NCBI GenBank assembly: GCA_965602015.1
Contig: OZ271918.1
Span: forward strand, 2,016,001-2,080,000
DNA from: Salinispira sp.
GTDB lineage: Bacteria > Spirochaetota > Spirochaetia > DSM-27196 > Salinispiraceae
Reading direction: 5' to 3'
Length of the DNA: 64,000 bases
A model generated the notes under the pieces. The model was not told the origin of the DNA. It did no database searches and worked only from the letters and a program-made list of their open reading frames with translations. The position numbers were made by a program, and so were the translations under genes. Positions 10,516-20,607 of this stretch are shown piece by piece (the stretch's first letter is position 1; each line of letters begins with the position of its first letter).

Positions 10516-11504
10516 CTCGTGCGGTACTCCTCAAGTACATCAAAAACCTGATTCATGAAATCGTTTCTGAGCAACTCCGACTCTATCTGCTGGGACTGCT
10601 GTGCGAATACCCCCATCCACTGTTGGCGAATTTCAGGTGTTATTTCATTGACCTGAAGGCCGAAGCGGGTCATCAACTCCATGGCATCCCGTTCCAGTCC
10701 TGCAAGCTCTCCGGCGATTTCCCTTCCGATGCGATCGGTCGCCGCCTTGAGCTCATCGTGAAACTCCTCGGGGATGCGGTTCCATGCCCTCTGATCCATG
10801 AGGATGTTGCCTAAAAACGGGGCAACCTGCAGTTCGAGCATATTATCCGCGACGCCGAACCACTGGTACCCCGCTACCCCGAGCGGAGCATAAATAACCG
10901 TATCAATCAGACCAGAATTCAGTCCTCCGAGAATCTCCGGGGAAGTCAGGGGTACGGGCTGCATTCCCAGATTTCTGAACACCTGATTTATTTCTTCAGG
11001 CAGGGTTCCCGAAGCGATTTTAACAGAAACCAGATCATCAGGTCGGATAATCGGCGAGGTTGAGAAAAACTTTATCCACCCGGCATTGGACCAGCCGAGT
11101 ATCTCATACCCGTTTTCCGAAAAAAGGCTGTTTAACTCATCTCCCAATTCTGCCAGCACAAGATCGAGCTCATCTTCACTTTCGATGACTCCGGGCACGG
11201 AAAGCCCCAGGGTTGCGGGTACCACGGTTGCAAGTCCCGCGGTTGTGAGAACCGCCCCCTGGATTTGACCGAGCCGCATTTTCCTAATGGTATCGCTTTC
11301 ATCACCGGCAACGCCTCCGTGAAAAATCCTCACCTGGATTCGTCCACGGGTGATTCTCGACCACTCGGCAGCGATGCGGTTCAGTCCCTGCCCCCATGGC
11401 GTTGACTCCGGGGCAAGAGAGGCTATTCGAATGACCTGAGCGCCGATGTTTTGAGCAAAAAGCAGCAGTAGCAGCAGTAGTACGGCAATTCGCGTGGGTT
11501 TCAC
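10512..11504 (-). CDS. dctP: TRAP substrate-binding protein DctP (TPAT P component)
   Basis: Signal peptide, IASLAPESTPW, GGVAGDESDTIRKMRLGQIQG; adjacent to the permease and tatT. Confidence 0.9.
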   Translation of the reverse strand: MKPTRIAVLLLLLLLFAQNIGAQVIRIASLAPESTPWGQGLNRIAAEWSRITRGRIQVRIFHGGVAGDESDTIRKMRLGQIQGAVLTTAGLATVVPATLGLSVPGVIESEDELDLVLAELGDELNSLFSENGYEILGWSNAGWIKFFSTSPIIRPDDLVSVKIASGTLPEEINQVFRNLGMQPVPLTSPEILGGLNSGLIDTVIYAPLGVAGYQWFGVADNMLELQVAPFLGNILMDQRAWNRIPEEFHDELKAATDRIGREIAGELAGLERDAMELMTRFGLQVNEITPEIRQQWMGVFAQQSQQIESELLRNDFMNQVFDVLEEYRTR

Positions 11505-11626
11505 ATAAACTCCTTGTCGGTAGCTATTATCCCCTACAGTAGAACATCCTATTTACAGGAAAAAGCGCCCCTTCCTACCAAGTATAGCTCACCATGTATG
11601 AAAGGGTCGCTTGAAACTGCAACTCG

Positions 11627-12553
11627 TCAAAATATGAAATAGTCCTCGAGATTGTCCAGGTACCAACGGGCCCTTCTTTGACTAATGGTATTCAACAGAC
11701 GCAAATCGGGATTAGTATCGGGATCAATGGCCAATGCCTGTTCCAACAAAGAGACAAAGCGTTCCAGATCCTGCGTGGGGATGGCGACAGATGTGGCCAG
11801 GCTCACGTACGGTGAAGCTGAGCTTCCTTCCTGCTTTGTCACAGCCCGGGAAAACGACTGCTCGGCGAGGTCCCTGCTGCCGCCCATTGCTTCGGGAATC
11901 GAGGCGTAAACCTGAATGTATAGTTCATCGAGGGCCGCATTATTAAAATCAGGATCAAGCCCATAGGCTCGATCGAGTATCTCCATGAGTGCGGGAATCC
12001 GGAAGGCAAGCTGCATATCAAACGAATCTATTGAGACGGCGCCGAACCAACCGGCGGCGAGCCAATAGGCGTACGGAACGTCTTCTGTTGTAAAATCAGC
12101 AAGAAGCCTGTCCAGCCCTTCGCCGGAATCAATGGCGTTTTCAAGGCCGGGATATCTGTCTTCGAGAAAATCGAGCATTTGGTCCCTTCCGCGAAGATAC
12201 AGGTTTTTTGCCCGGGCAAGCATTCTCACCCGTTCATCATAATCCTCGGGCGGGAGGTAGAGAGAAGGTGTTTGAAGGAAGGCGTTTGCATACATGATAT
12301 AAAGACTTCCGATGCTAAGCGTTAGTCCAGGATGCCCGGGATTCTGAACCAGCAGGCTCTCATATAACTTTATGGCAAAGGGAAGCGCATCTCCTACCAG
12401 CTCGGGATCATTCTCTTCAAGAAACACCGAGCTGCCTTGGTCCCCGGTCAATGCATCCGAGACCAGGTCTATGGTGTAATCCTGAATGCTGCATGATGAT
12501 AGGGCAAATACGACCGCACTTATCAAGCCCATGGTTCGAGCTGTCTTTTTCAT
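11627..12553 (-). CDS. TRAP transporter TatT component lipoprotein
   Basis: Lipobox LSSC; ENDPELVGDALPFAIKLYESLL, ARAKNLYLRG and PEAMGG; first gene of the TRAP operon. Confidence 0.88.
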   Translation of the reverse strand: MKKTARTMGLISAVVFALSSCSIQDYTIDLVSDALTGDQGSSVFLEENDPELVGDALPFAIKLYESLLVQNPGHPGLTLSIGSLYIMYANAFLQTPSLYLPPEDYDERVRMLARAKNLYLRGRDQMLDFLEDRYPGLENAIDSGEGLDRLLADFTTEDVPYAYWLAAGWFGAVSIDSFDMQLAFRIPALMEILDRAYGLDPDFNNAALDELYIQVYASIPEAMGGSRDLAEQSFSRAVTKQEGSSASPYVSLATSVAIPTQDLERFVSLLEQALAIDPDTNPDLRLLNTISQRRARWYLDNLEDYFIF

Positions 12554-12591
12554 ATTCCCTCCGATGCGTACATCAGCTTTTTAAAATCGTT

Positions 12592-12909
12592 CTATTCCTT
12601 GCCCCGGCTGCCGGGCCCCCGGTAGAATTTTCGGTATCCCCGGCCAATATCGGCCCAGCTCCACCGTTCAGGCAAATCGTCATTTCCGCCGGAGAACCAG
12701 CCCCAGCAACGCAGGATTCTGCCAAGAGCCAGAAGCCCTCCCCGCAGAATCCCGAAACGAAGGATGGCATCCCGGCTGTAACGCGAACAACTCGGACTGT
12801 ACCGGCAGGTACTGGGAAAGAGCGGCGAGATAATTTTTCGATACAACTCAATAGGTATTACGGCGATTTTCCTTACCGCCCTCGTAAATCCGCCATTCTG
12901 ACCAGACAT
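12592..12909 (-). CDS. yidD: membrane protein insertion efficiency factor
   Basis: YRKIISPLFPSTCRYSPSCSRY...RILRC...GGND; ATG at 12909 has a TGGAGG SD. Confidence 0.9.
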   Translation of the reverse strand: MSGQNGGFTRAVRKIAVIPIELYRKIISPLFPSTCRYSPSCSRYSRDAILRFGILRGGLLALGRILRCWGWFSGGNDDLPERWSWADIGRGYRKFYRGPGSRGKE

Positions 12910-12964
12910 GTCAGCCTCCAGCATGATACTCTACCAATGTAATGAAATACAGGACCGAATTGCA

Positions 12965-13630
12965 ATGAATCTACAATGGAAACAACCCATCACCGGCGAT
13001 GCCAAGCGCACGGAACACCCGACCATTATTCTGGCTCACGGTTTCGGAGCCAACATGGACGACCTGCTGCCCATCGCCGCCGAATGCCGGGTCCCGGGAA
13101 ACTGGCTTTTTCCCCAGGCACCAGTTGGGCTTCAGCCGGGAAGCTATGCATGGTTCCCCTCAAGTCAGGAAGAGCTGACGGCGGTTTATCAGGGCCGGTT
13201 CTTTGCAGAGCTTGATACCCTCGATAGCCGTGAGCTGGACAAACGCTGTGATCAGCTTGTCGAGGACTGCGGGGAGATGCACATCGACTGGAGCCGCAGC
13301 TTTCTCGGAGGATTCAGTCAGGGTTCAATGATCGCTTTGAGGACCTGGCTGCGGCACCGCTTGCCGATTCGAGGACTCATCCTGCTTTCAGGCTCTTTGG
13401 TAGACAGGAGCGGCTCTCAGGAGCTTTTGAATGGATGCGAGCCTGTCCCGGTGTTTCAGCGGCACGGAAGTTCCGATGAGATTCTGCCGCTTTCAGGAGC
13501 CCGGGCCTTGCGCGACCAATTGGAGTCCGCAGGACTTCCGATTGACTATGCGGAGTTCTCCGGGGGCCACGCGATCCCTGCCTCCGTAATTTCCGATTTG
13601 GACAGATTTATCTCAGATCGCTCTCGCTGA
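12965..13630 (+). CDS. phospholipase/carboxylesterase family hydrolase
   Basis: HGFGA, GGFSQG, HGSSDEILP and GGHAI motifs; start placed at the third ATG (12965), which avoids overlap with yidD. Confidence 0.87.
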   Translation: MNLQWKQPITGDAKRTEHPTIILAHGFGANMDDLLPIAAECRVPGNWLFPQAPVGLQPGSYAWFPSSQEELTAVYQGRFFAELDTLDSRELDKRCDQLVEDCGEMHIDWSRSFLGGFSQGSMIALRTWLRHRLPIRGLILLSGSLVDRSGSQELLNGCEPVPVFQRHGSSDEILPLSGARALRDQLESAGLPIDYAEFSGGHAIPASVISDLDRFISDRSR

Positions 13631-14261
13631 TGTCGACAAACCATTCATCCTGATTGCGCGAAATGCTCACCTGCCGGTACATTGTTCGAATGTGCTCGTC
13701 GAGACCGAGTAAATCATAGATTACCGGATCGCTTCCGCTGGGTACGAGGATGCTGAAACTATCACCCCGGGCGAATATGGTTTCATCATCCAAAATATCC
13801 ACCCCCCACATTGTCGAATCCGACGGACTGAGAAACAGATACCAAATGTCCGCCTCAGTGGCGTTGGTAATAATCAGCTCGGAAAAATAGAGATCGTCGT
13901 AGCCGTGAGGATCATAAAGCTCAAGGGTGATTTCCACCAGGGCTTCCTGCCCGTCGCTGATTTCCACTTCCGATAGAAAATAAGCATCGCCCGCCTCGTC
14001 GATGGCGAAGACGGAAAAGCGATTACGTGCTTCGGGATAGTGAACGTAGAAGCTGATGATCTGACCATCTGCCAGCACCCTGCGTGAGCCGAGTATATCC
14101 GGTCCCCACCAGTCGCTGTCCGCAGGAGAAAAAAACAGATATTCGATATCGTAGCCGGTCTGATTAGAGAAGCTCACCCGGTTCAATTCTCCGGGATCAA
14201 ATCCGAAGGCTACTGCGGCGAGAAGCAGCAGCTGCCAGGCAATTACCGCCCGTTTAATCAT
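13608..14261 (-). CDS. secreted hypothetical protein with an internally duplicated domain
   Basis: Signal peptide; two copies of NxTxxDIxYLFxSPxDSxxWGxDIL. Confidence 0.75.
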   Translation of the reverse strand: MIKRAVIAWQLLLLAAVAFGFDPGELNRVSFSNQTGYDIEYLFFSPADSDWWGPDILGSRRVLADGQIISFYVHYPEARNRFSVFAIDEAGDAYFLSEVEISDGQEALVEITLELYDPHGYDDLYFSELIITNATEADIWYLFLSPSDSTMWGVDILDDETIFARGDSFSILVPSGSDPVIYDLLGLDEHIRTMYRQVSISRNQDEWFVDISESDLR

Positions 14262-14968
14262 TGAGCATCTCCCGGTCCTGTTTCATCAGATGGCAGCTGT
14301 GCGCCGGGCTCAACACTTCCGGCGGAAGGAATGATCTCCGGGTCGCCGAGAAATCTCGGTTGCCGGGAAAAAATGTGGACGTCCAGAAGCGCTTTAATCC
14401 GGGCGAGTACTTCACGGGCTAGAACCGAGGCGCCGGCATACCCGCCTACCGAGTCGGCATTAAAACCGTATGCCCTGATGTTCTCACTTGAAGCGATGTA
14501 CAACGCCCGTTCGTTATGAAAGCGCTGGGAAATAATGATTAACTCTTCCTGACCAAAGACCTGACGGGCCCTGATAACCGAATCAAGGGTCGAGAAACCG
14601 GCGTAATCCAAAACGATCCGGTCTGCCGGAACACCCCGACGCATCAACTCTTTTTGCATATACACCGGTTCGTTGTAGAAAATGCTGCCGTTGTCTCCGC
14701 TGGCGAGGATAAATTCTACTGTTCTACTATTGTACAATTCGACCGCGGCGCTTATGCGGTTGTTAAAGAATTCGCTGGCGGTGCCGCTGCGGGTTCGCGG
14801 GCTGGTCCCGAGGAGCAAACCAACTTTGACCGGAGGCACCAATGCGGGGTCATCGAATATCCGCTGCCTGCTGTGATTACTGATAATACTGTACGACATC
14901 ACCAGAACCAGCAGAAGAAGGGGTATGCTGATAGCAAAAAATTTTGAAAAAAACCGAAACACCTTCAT
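14258..14968 (-). CDS. sanA: SanA/YdcF (DUF218) family protein
   Basis: N-terminal TM; GLLLGT, SGDN, YNEP, LDYAGFSTLDS, SQRFHNERA, REVLAR. Confidence 0.88.
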   Translation of the reverse strand: MKVFRFFSKFFAISIPLLLLVLVMSYSIISNHSRQRIFDDPALVPPVKVGLLLGTSPRTRSGTASEFFNNRISAAVELYNSRTVEFILASGDNGSIFYNEPVYMQKELMRRGVPADRIVLDYAGFSTLDSVIRARQVFGQEELIIISQRFHNERALYIASSENIRAYGFNADSVGGYAGASVLAREVLARIKALLDVHIFSRQPRFLGDPEIIPSAGSVEPGAQLPSDETGPGDAQ

Positions 14969-15000
14969 GTTATCGGAACGGGATTATAGTGGGATAACGG

Positions 15001-15031
15001 AAAAATAAAAACCCCCGCTGATGCGGGGGTT
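15001..15031 (-). terminator. intrinsic terminator
   Basis: AACCCCCGC-ATCA-GCGGGGGTT stem-loop followed by a U-tract on the minus strand, just after the HEAT-repeat gene. Confidence 0.75.
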
Positions 15032-15053
15032 GTGTGTTGACCATTGTGTAAGA

Positions 15054-15764
15054 CTAGCTTCTATTACTGTCGCGGAGCTTGTAAATAACATCCAGGGCCT
15101 TTAAGCGCACCGACTGAATATAGTTGCCGCTGACGACATCGAGTAATGCAGTTAGCACCTCGGGATCGGCTATACCCTCTTCTGAATCCATGAGTTTCTC
15201 AAGAGAGAGCAAACATGCGAAGGCCAGGTTGTTGTCCGGAGTAACCCGGGCAGAGTTACGACTCAGGACATCAGCCAGATAGAGCGTGGTCTCCATGTTG
15301 GTGTTTTCGCCGATAACTCCCAATGCGAAGACCGCCTCGGACAACACCATGGGCTCGGGATCGTCCCGAACAACCCGGAAAAGGATATCCTTGGAGACGT
15401 CGCCCCCGATTTCGCCCAGCAGCTGAACAGCCTGCCGACGAATCTCGGGAAAGTCATTGATGATCCGTCCGCCGGATCGAACCGTACTGCTGACGCCCTC
15501 TCCGGCAAGGGAGTCCAGTACTGTTAGTACTGCCTGATCCGAGTCGGTCACCCTCCCGTCGCCCACCATTTGACGGATGGACTGCAGGGCCAGCAATTTA
15601 TTCTCCCGGTTTTCAGAAACTGCCTGTGACCGGAGAAGTTGAATTTCAATATCGGAACTGAGGAACAGTTCTTCGATGGTAAGCGAACCCGTTTCATTCT
15701 GTGCGGTAATCGCCGTCGTCAGGAGAATCAGGGCAAATATTGCCAACGCCCTCTTGCTCTTCAT
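15054..15764 (-). CDS. secreted HEAT-repeat protein
   Basis: Signal peptide; PEIRRQAVQLLGEIG and PMVLSEAVFALGVIG HEAT/PBS-lyase-like repeats. Confidence 0.8.
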   Translation of the reverse strand: MKSKRALAIFALILLTTAITAQNETGSLTIEELFLSSDIEIQLLRSQAVSENRENKLLALQSIRQMVGDGRVTDSDQAVLTVLDSLAGEGVSSTVRSGGRIINDFPEIRRQAVQLLGEIGGDVSKDILFRVVRDDPEPMVLSEAVFALGVIGENTNMETTLYLADVLSRNSARVTPDNNLAFACLLSLEKLMDSEEGIADPEVLTALLDVVSGNYIQSVRLKALDVIYKLRDSNRS

Positions 15765-15819
15765 AACACGCTCCTTGTGTTGTCTGCAAAGTTCATACAG
15801 TTACCTGTATTGTAGATTA

Positions 15820-16401
15820 TCAACCTTCTATTTTCCACTCATTATCAATTAATCTCAGCCGGTAGACTGATATTCGCTGATCCCGTATCACCATTATTGC
15901 CTCGACCTGATCCTCATCAATAAAGACCAGGTCATCAAGGCGGAGATTCGCCCTGCTGGGTACAACCACCTCGGTGAAAAAGTCCTGTAAATCTTCGAGG
16001 ACTATACCGTTAGCCTGCAATCTGTCGGATTGGGATAATTCAGCCAGTAAATCCGGATCGCTGAAGGTGTTGATATACTCCTCGGTAAGATACCCGATCC
16101 ATCGGTCGTACTGCCCGGCGCGAATTAACGCATTTAACTCACCGATTACCTCTTCCACGGCTTGGAAGGTTTCCACGAAGACTTCTTCGGTGACGACGAA
16201 GTCTTCTTCTTTATCTGGTTGCTCCGGGGCCTGCTCAACGGCTTCATCCTGCTCAGGGGCTTCTTCTGAAGCGACCTCATCGATGACCTGTTCTTCGCGG
16301 GCATCCTCGGGATTTTCAACCACCTCAGGAGCACTCGGGCACCCCGTGAGGAGGAAGGCAAACAGTATGAAAATGACCCTTTTAATAATGATCGGTACCA
16401 T
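15820..16401 (-). CDS. hypothetical lipoprotein
   Basis: Lipobox LTGC and acidic linker; ATG at 16401 follows TTGACA-N18-TATCAT. Confidence 0.72.
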   Translation of the reverse strand: MVPIIIKRVIFILFAFLLTGCPSAPEVVENPEDAREEQVIDEVASEEAPEQDEAVEQAPEQPDKEEDFVVTEEVFVETFQAVEEVIGELNALIRAGQYDRWIGYLTEEYINTFSDPDLLAELSQSDRLQANGIVLEDLQDFFTEVVVPSRANLRLDDLVFIDEDQVEAIMVIRDQRISVYRLRLIDNEWKIEG

Positions 16402-16502
16402 ATAGTATGATGATAGCGACTTTATTTCTTTTTTGTCAAACATTGTTAGCAAAAACCTGAGCATGGTATACACTTGTTCACAGACGGAGGCGAACGCAGC
16501 AG

Positions 16503-18542
16503 ATGTCTTCACCGATAGATGTAATTCGGCTGTTATCCGGATATTTAAAAACCCATAGAAATCCCGCTATTAGCTATAGCCAGCTTCTCGCATATACCGA
16601 ACGGTTCGTCCAACAAAATGAACTCGATAATCCTCATTTTGAAGATTTGAGAAGGGATGCCCATAGGGTTTTATCTCATCATCTTCGAAGCCTCGAGCAG
16701 AAAGGAAGAATTGAGATTCAGCGCAGCCAGGATCAGCCTGTCAGCATTTTCTTCGAAGAGTACTTTCATGAGAAAATCAATGAATACTACCTAAAAGTTC
16801 TGGAAGATCCGAAGCATACCCTGGCGACCGAAGAGAGCCTGCGGCTTGAGTTACCGGAGGAGAGAATTCACGCCATCGACATAAAAAAAGACTTTGTCGA
16901 TTGGCTCAGGGACGACAGCGAACGGGTCAAAATCATCAGATTATTGTTTCCCTCGGGCATCAGCAGTGTCATAGCCACCAATGCCCTCATGAAAAAAACC
17001 TTGCTCACCGCTTCAATACAAAAAATCCGGCAATATCTTCAGCAACAGAGAAACAGCAGTTACATTGCGCAAAAACTGATTCCGGTTTTCAAGGGCCGGG
17101 AAGTAGCGGTTCGGGACCTGATGCGGCTCATTACCCAATCAGCGGAAGGCGCCACCAGGACCGTAGTACAGTCGTCGGATTTCTCGTTTCAAGCTTGGAC
17201 GCAGTTGTCCACCTTTATCATTAAGGAATACGAAGGCAAGGTGGACAAACTCGAGGAAGAACACAACTACTGCCAGGCTGCATATCTGATCGGTTACTAT
17301 TGCGTGTATTTTAAGGGCCGGGAGCAGAAGAAGAAGGATCAGGAAGGGGCGATGAAGACCCTTGTCACCATGCTGAAGCGCCCGCCTTATGCCTTTACCA
17401 TCACGGAGATCCAAGCGCTCAAGGACGACAAGGGGATTCCACTTCTGAAGAAATTCAGCAAGGAATCCCTGATGGAATTCCTCGGCAAAGAGGTCGAAAC
17501 CCCCGAGGGCTCGGACCTCCCGCCCCTGCTTAATCTGCAGCTGCCGAATAACAGCCAGGTCTATATATACCGCTCCAGCGTTGCCAAGGTCCTGGAAAAC
17601 CAGAGGATGAGAGCGAGCAAATCATTTCGGGAGTTCTACAAAAACAGCTGGTATTCCGCCCTCATGGAAAATGACGAATTATCAACAATGAATGATGATG
17701 AGGCATTCCGCAACCATATTTATAACCGGCTGCGCGAACGTTTTCCCATGTTGTTTTCCCTGCTCCGCTTCGAACTTCTGTACTTGATGACTCAGGAGAA
17801 GAGCAACCCCGATGAAATAAAACAGACCTGCATGCGCTATCTCGATTTAAATAATGAACGGATTAAGGAACTTGATGAGATTCTTGAACTGGACCGGCGC
17901 AAAATTCTCCAGGATGCGAGAATACTGCTGCCGTTCTGGATGTCAATTCCGGTTTTGAGAGGCATAGTCCATCTTTTTCGAAGGATTTTTTTGGGAAGGG
18001 ATTTCGTCGACCGCTACCACGCCGAGCGTTTTGACCACGAAGACCAAAAAAGCCTTAAAAAGAAAAAGCGGCGGGCTCAGAGTGTAGAGACAGCCAGCAA
18101 ACAATTCGGTTCCCTCAGCCGAAGCGGAAGCGATGACTCCACCAGGGTCCGGGCACGGGAAGCTCAAGCCGAGGTAGCTGCCTCCGGGCCTCAAAGCAGC
18201 AAGGCGCAGAAGGCGGAGTTTAAAAAGAAGGTACAGCGGCTGGAACCTGAGTTCCTTGAACGGGGCAAGAGTCTAGAAATGACCCTAAGGGAACTGATTG
18301 ATAAATGGAATCCCATCCTTGATGAGGCGAAACGCAAGGATTTGGTCGAAGACGTCAATGCCATGTGCAGGGATTTTATCAGGGGATTGAGAATTTCATA
18401 CCGCAAACCGCCCCCGGATGCCGATGCTATTCGCGAAATGGCCCACCGGCTGGCGGGCAACGGTACCTTCGACAGAATACGCGACCGCAATTATCTGGAG
18501 AAATATATTCAGTTGTACTTTCTCAAAGTCCTCGGAAGATAG
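16503..18542 (+). CDS. hypothetical cytoplasmic protein (679 aa)
   Basis: Long, helical, charged ORF with a GGAGG SD; no recognisable catalytic motif. Confidence 0.75.
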   Translation: MSSPIDVIRLLSGYLKTHRNPAISYSQLLAYTERFVQQNELDNPHFEDLRRDAHRVLSHHLRSLEQKGRIEIQRSQDQPVSIFFEEYFHEKINEYYLKVLEDPKHTLATEESLRLELPEERIHAIDIKKDFVDWLRDDSERVKIIRLLFPSGISSVIATNALMKKTLLTASIQKIRQYLQQQRNSSYIAQKLIPVFKGREVAVRDLMRLITQSAEGATRTVVQSSDFSFQAWTQLSTFIIKEYEGKVDKLEEEHNYCQAAYLIGYYCVYFKGREQKKKDQEGAMKTLVTMLKRPPYAFTITEIQALKDDKGIPLLKKFSKESLMEFLGKEVETPEGSDLPPLLNLQLPNNSQVYIYRSSVAKVLENQRMRASKSFREFYKNSWYSALMENDELSTMNDDEAFRNHIYNRLRERFPMLFSLLRFELLYLMTQEKSNPDEIKQTCMRYLDLNNERIKELDEILELDRRKILQDARILLPFWMSIPVLRGIVHLFRRIFLGRDFVDRYHAERFDHEDQKSLKKKKRRAQSVETASKQFGSLSRSGSDDSTRVRAREAQAEVAASGPQSSKAQKAEFKKKVQRLEPEFLERGKSLEMTLRELIDKWNPILDEAKRKDLVEDVNAMCRDFIRGLRISYRKPPPDADAIREMAHRLAGNGTFDRIRDRNYLEKYIQLYFLKVLGR

Positions 18543-18596
18543 GGCATAGGTAGAAAACTCCCGCTATTCACAGCAAACATTGTCAATGTCCGGGTT

Positions 18597-19163
18597 TTAT
18601 GCCAGTACTTCCTTAATGCTGATTTCTCCCATAAAACTGAGTTCCTGTGCGCAGGAAGTAAAAAGCTTCATGCATTGAATCGAATCATCAACCGCCCGAT
18701 GGGCGTTGTTCAGGGGAAACTTGAGAAATGCCGCGAGGTTTTGCAGCGAATAACTTTTCTGGCCCGGAAAGGCTCTTTTCGCCAACTGCTGGGTGTCGAT
18801 GAGAAGATTGCTGACGTCGGGGCGACCGCTTCCCGCCAAAGCCGCTCTGAGAAAGCCCATGTCGAAACTCGCATTATGGGCGACGAGTATGCTGTCGCCG
18901 ACAAACGCCAGGAACTCATCCAGTACATCTTCCACCGCCGGCTTGTCCGCCACCATTTCGCTGCTGATGCCGGTAATCTTCACCGAATCTTCGGGGATTG
19001 GGATTCCGGGATTAACCAGAGTACCAAAAGTGCCCAAAACTTCAGCGCCCCGGAATTTAACGGCTCCGAACTCAACTATCCTGTCGCTACCCGAGTGAAG
19101 CCCCGTTGTTTCAAAATCAAATGCGGTAAAAACCGTATCTGCTACCGATGCGTTCATGTCCAT
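18597..19163 (-). CDS. DEDDh 3'-5' exonuclease (DnaQ/PolC-exo-like), stand-alone
   Basis: FDFETTG (ExoI), VAHNASFD (ExoII), HRAVDD (ExoIII). Confidence 0.92.
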   Translation of the reverse strand: MDMNASVADTVFTAFDFETTGLHSGSDRIVEFGAVKFRGAEVLGTFGTLVNPGIPIPEDSVKITGISSEMVADKPAVEDVLDEFLAFVGDSILVAHNASFDMGFLRAALAGSGRPDVSNLLIDTQQLAKRAFPGQKSYSLQNLAAFLKFPLNNAHRAVDDSIQCMKLFTSCAQELSFMGEISIKEVLA

Positions 19164-19175
19164 AAAACCTAGGTA

Positions 19176-20564
19176 TCACAATTCACCGCCTTGGGTAAAG
19201 AGTTTTTTGGAATCCCTGTTATACCAGATCATGGTAATGCCCACCGTAATGAGGTCTGCCACCGGGAAGGCCCAGGCCATTGCCCGTACTCCGCCGAGGA
19301 CCGCAAATGCCACAACCAACGGAAGGAGCAGGAGAAACTGTCTGCTGGTGGAGAGAAGAAATGAAGGCCACATCCTCCCCAGCGCCTGAAAATACGAGGC
19401 CCCGAGTATCTGGAACCCGACCAGAGGCAGCATGAGAAAAACGACCCTCAGGAAATATATCCCTGATTCAATAAGCCGTGAATCGCTGCTGAATAAACGC
19501 ATCAATTGCCCCGGAAATGCCATGAAAACTACGAAAAATGCTCCGGAAATAATCACACCCCTGCGGAATGAGAGAGACATTACCTGTTTTACCCGTGCGT
19601 ATTGCCTGGCTCCGAAATTAAAACCGGCAATGGGCTGCATTCCTTGAACAAGGCCAAAAAGCGGCATGAGGGAAAACATCATCAGGCGATTGATAACCCC
19701 CATGACGGCAATAAGAATATCCGGCTGGGCCGAATAGCTGCGGATCACGTTGTTTACCACAATTAAAAGCGCTGAAGTTCCACTCTGGCGAAGAAAGGTG
19801 GGAATACCCAGGCCGCTGATTTCCCGGGCCAGGGCAAGGCGAGGCAGCAGGTAATGAAGTCTTATGTGGTAATTGCTTTTTTTGCTGAGGATGTAGGAAT
19901 ATCCGAGGAAAAAATTAAGAAACTGTCCGGAAATTGTCGCAAGGGCGGCTCCCCGAACACCCCAGCCGAATACAAAAATGAAAATGGGGTCCAAAATAAT
20001 ATTCAATACCGCACCGGAAAGCATAATCAGCATGCTCATCCGGGCGTTCCCCTCGGCGCGGATAAAGTTATTGGCGGTCATTGCCATGCTCAGGGGGATA
20101 AATCCGAATAAAACCGTGCGGGCGTAGTCCCGGGCATAAGGAAGGGTTTCCTCAGTCGCCCCCACGAATACAAGCACGTCATCAAGGAAGAGCTGGAGCA
20201 AAACAAAGCTGATGACCCCCAGCCCAAGGACAAAGGAGATGGCGGTTCCCAGGGTCCGGTCCGCATCTTCCCGCCTTCCCGCGCCTAAAAAACGCGAGGC
20301 CATGGATGCTCCACCAACGCCGAACATTAGTCCCACAGCTCCGATTATCATCTGAATGGGAAATGCCAGCGAAAGGGCCGCGATTCCCAGGGGGCCCACA
20401 CCCTGTCCGACAAAAATGGCATCGACGAAGTTATAGAGGGCATTGATAAACATGGCGAACATTGCCGGGAGCGAGAGATTGGTGAGTAACCGGGAAACCG
20501 GCATTGAACGCAGGCGCTCCTCGCGGCTGAGGGCCGCATCGGAGGCTGAAGTGCTATTTGACAT
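19176..20564 (-). CDS. MATE family efflux transporter
   Basis: LYNFVDAIFVG, NIILDPIFIF...GVRGAALAT, QPIAGFNFGA; about 12 TM segments. Confidence 0.93.
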   Translation of the reverse strand: MSNSTSASDAALSREERLRSMPVSRLLTNLSLPAMFAMFINALYNFVDAIFVGQGVGPLGIAALSLAFPIQMIIGAVGLMFGVGGASMASRFLGAGRREDADRTLGTAISFVLGLGVISFVLLQLFLDDVLVFVGATEETLPYARDYARTVLFGFIPLSMAMTANNFIRAEGNARMSMLIMLSGAVLNIILDPIFIFVFGWGVRGAALATISGQFLNFFLGYSYILSKKSNYHIRLHYLLPRLALAREISGLGIPTFLRQSGTSALLIVVNNVIRSYSAQPDILIAVMGVINRLMMFSLMPLFGLVQGMQPIAGFNFGARQYARVKQVMSLSFRRGVIISGAFFVVFMAFPGQLMRLFSSDSRLIESGIYFLRVVFLMLPLVGFQILGASYFQALGRMWPSFLLSTSRQFLLLLPLVVAFAVLGGVRAMAWAFPVADLITVGITMIWYNRDSKKLFTQGGEL

Positions 20565-20607
20565 AAAAACGATCCTTCCTGATAATCAAATGTAACCAGG
20601 AGGTACC

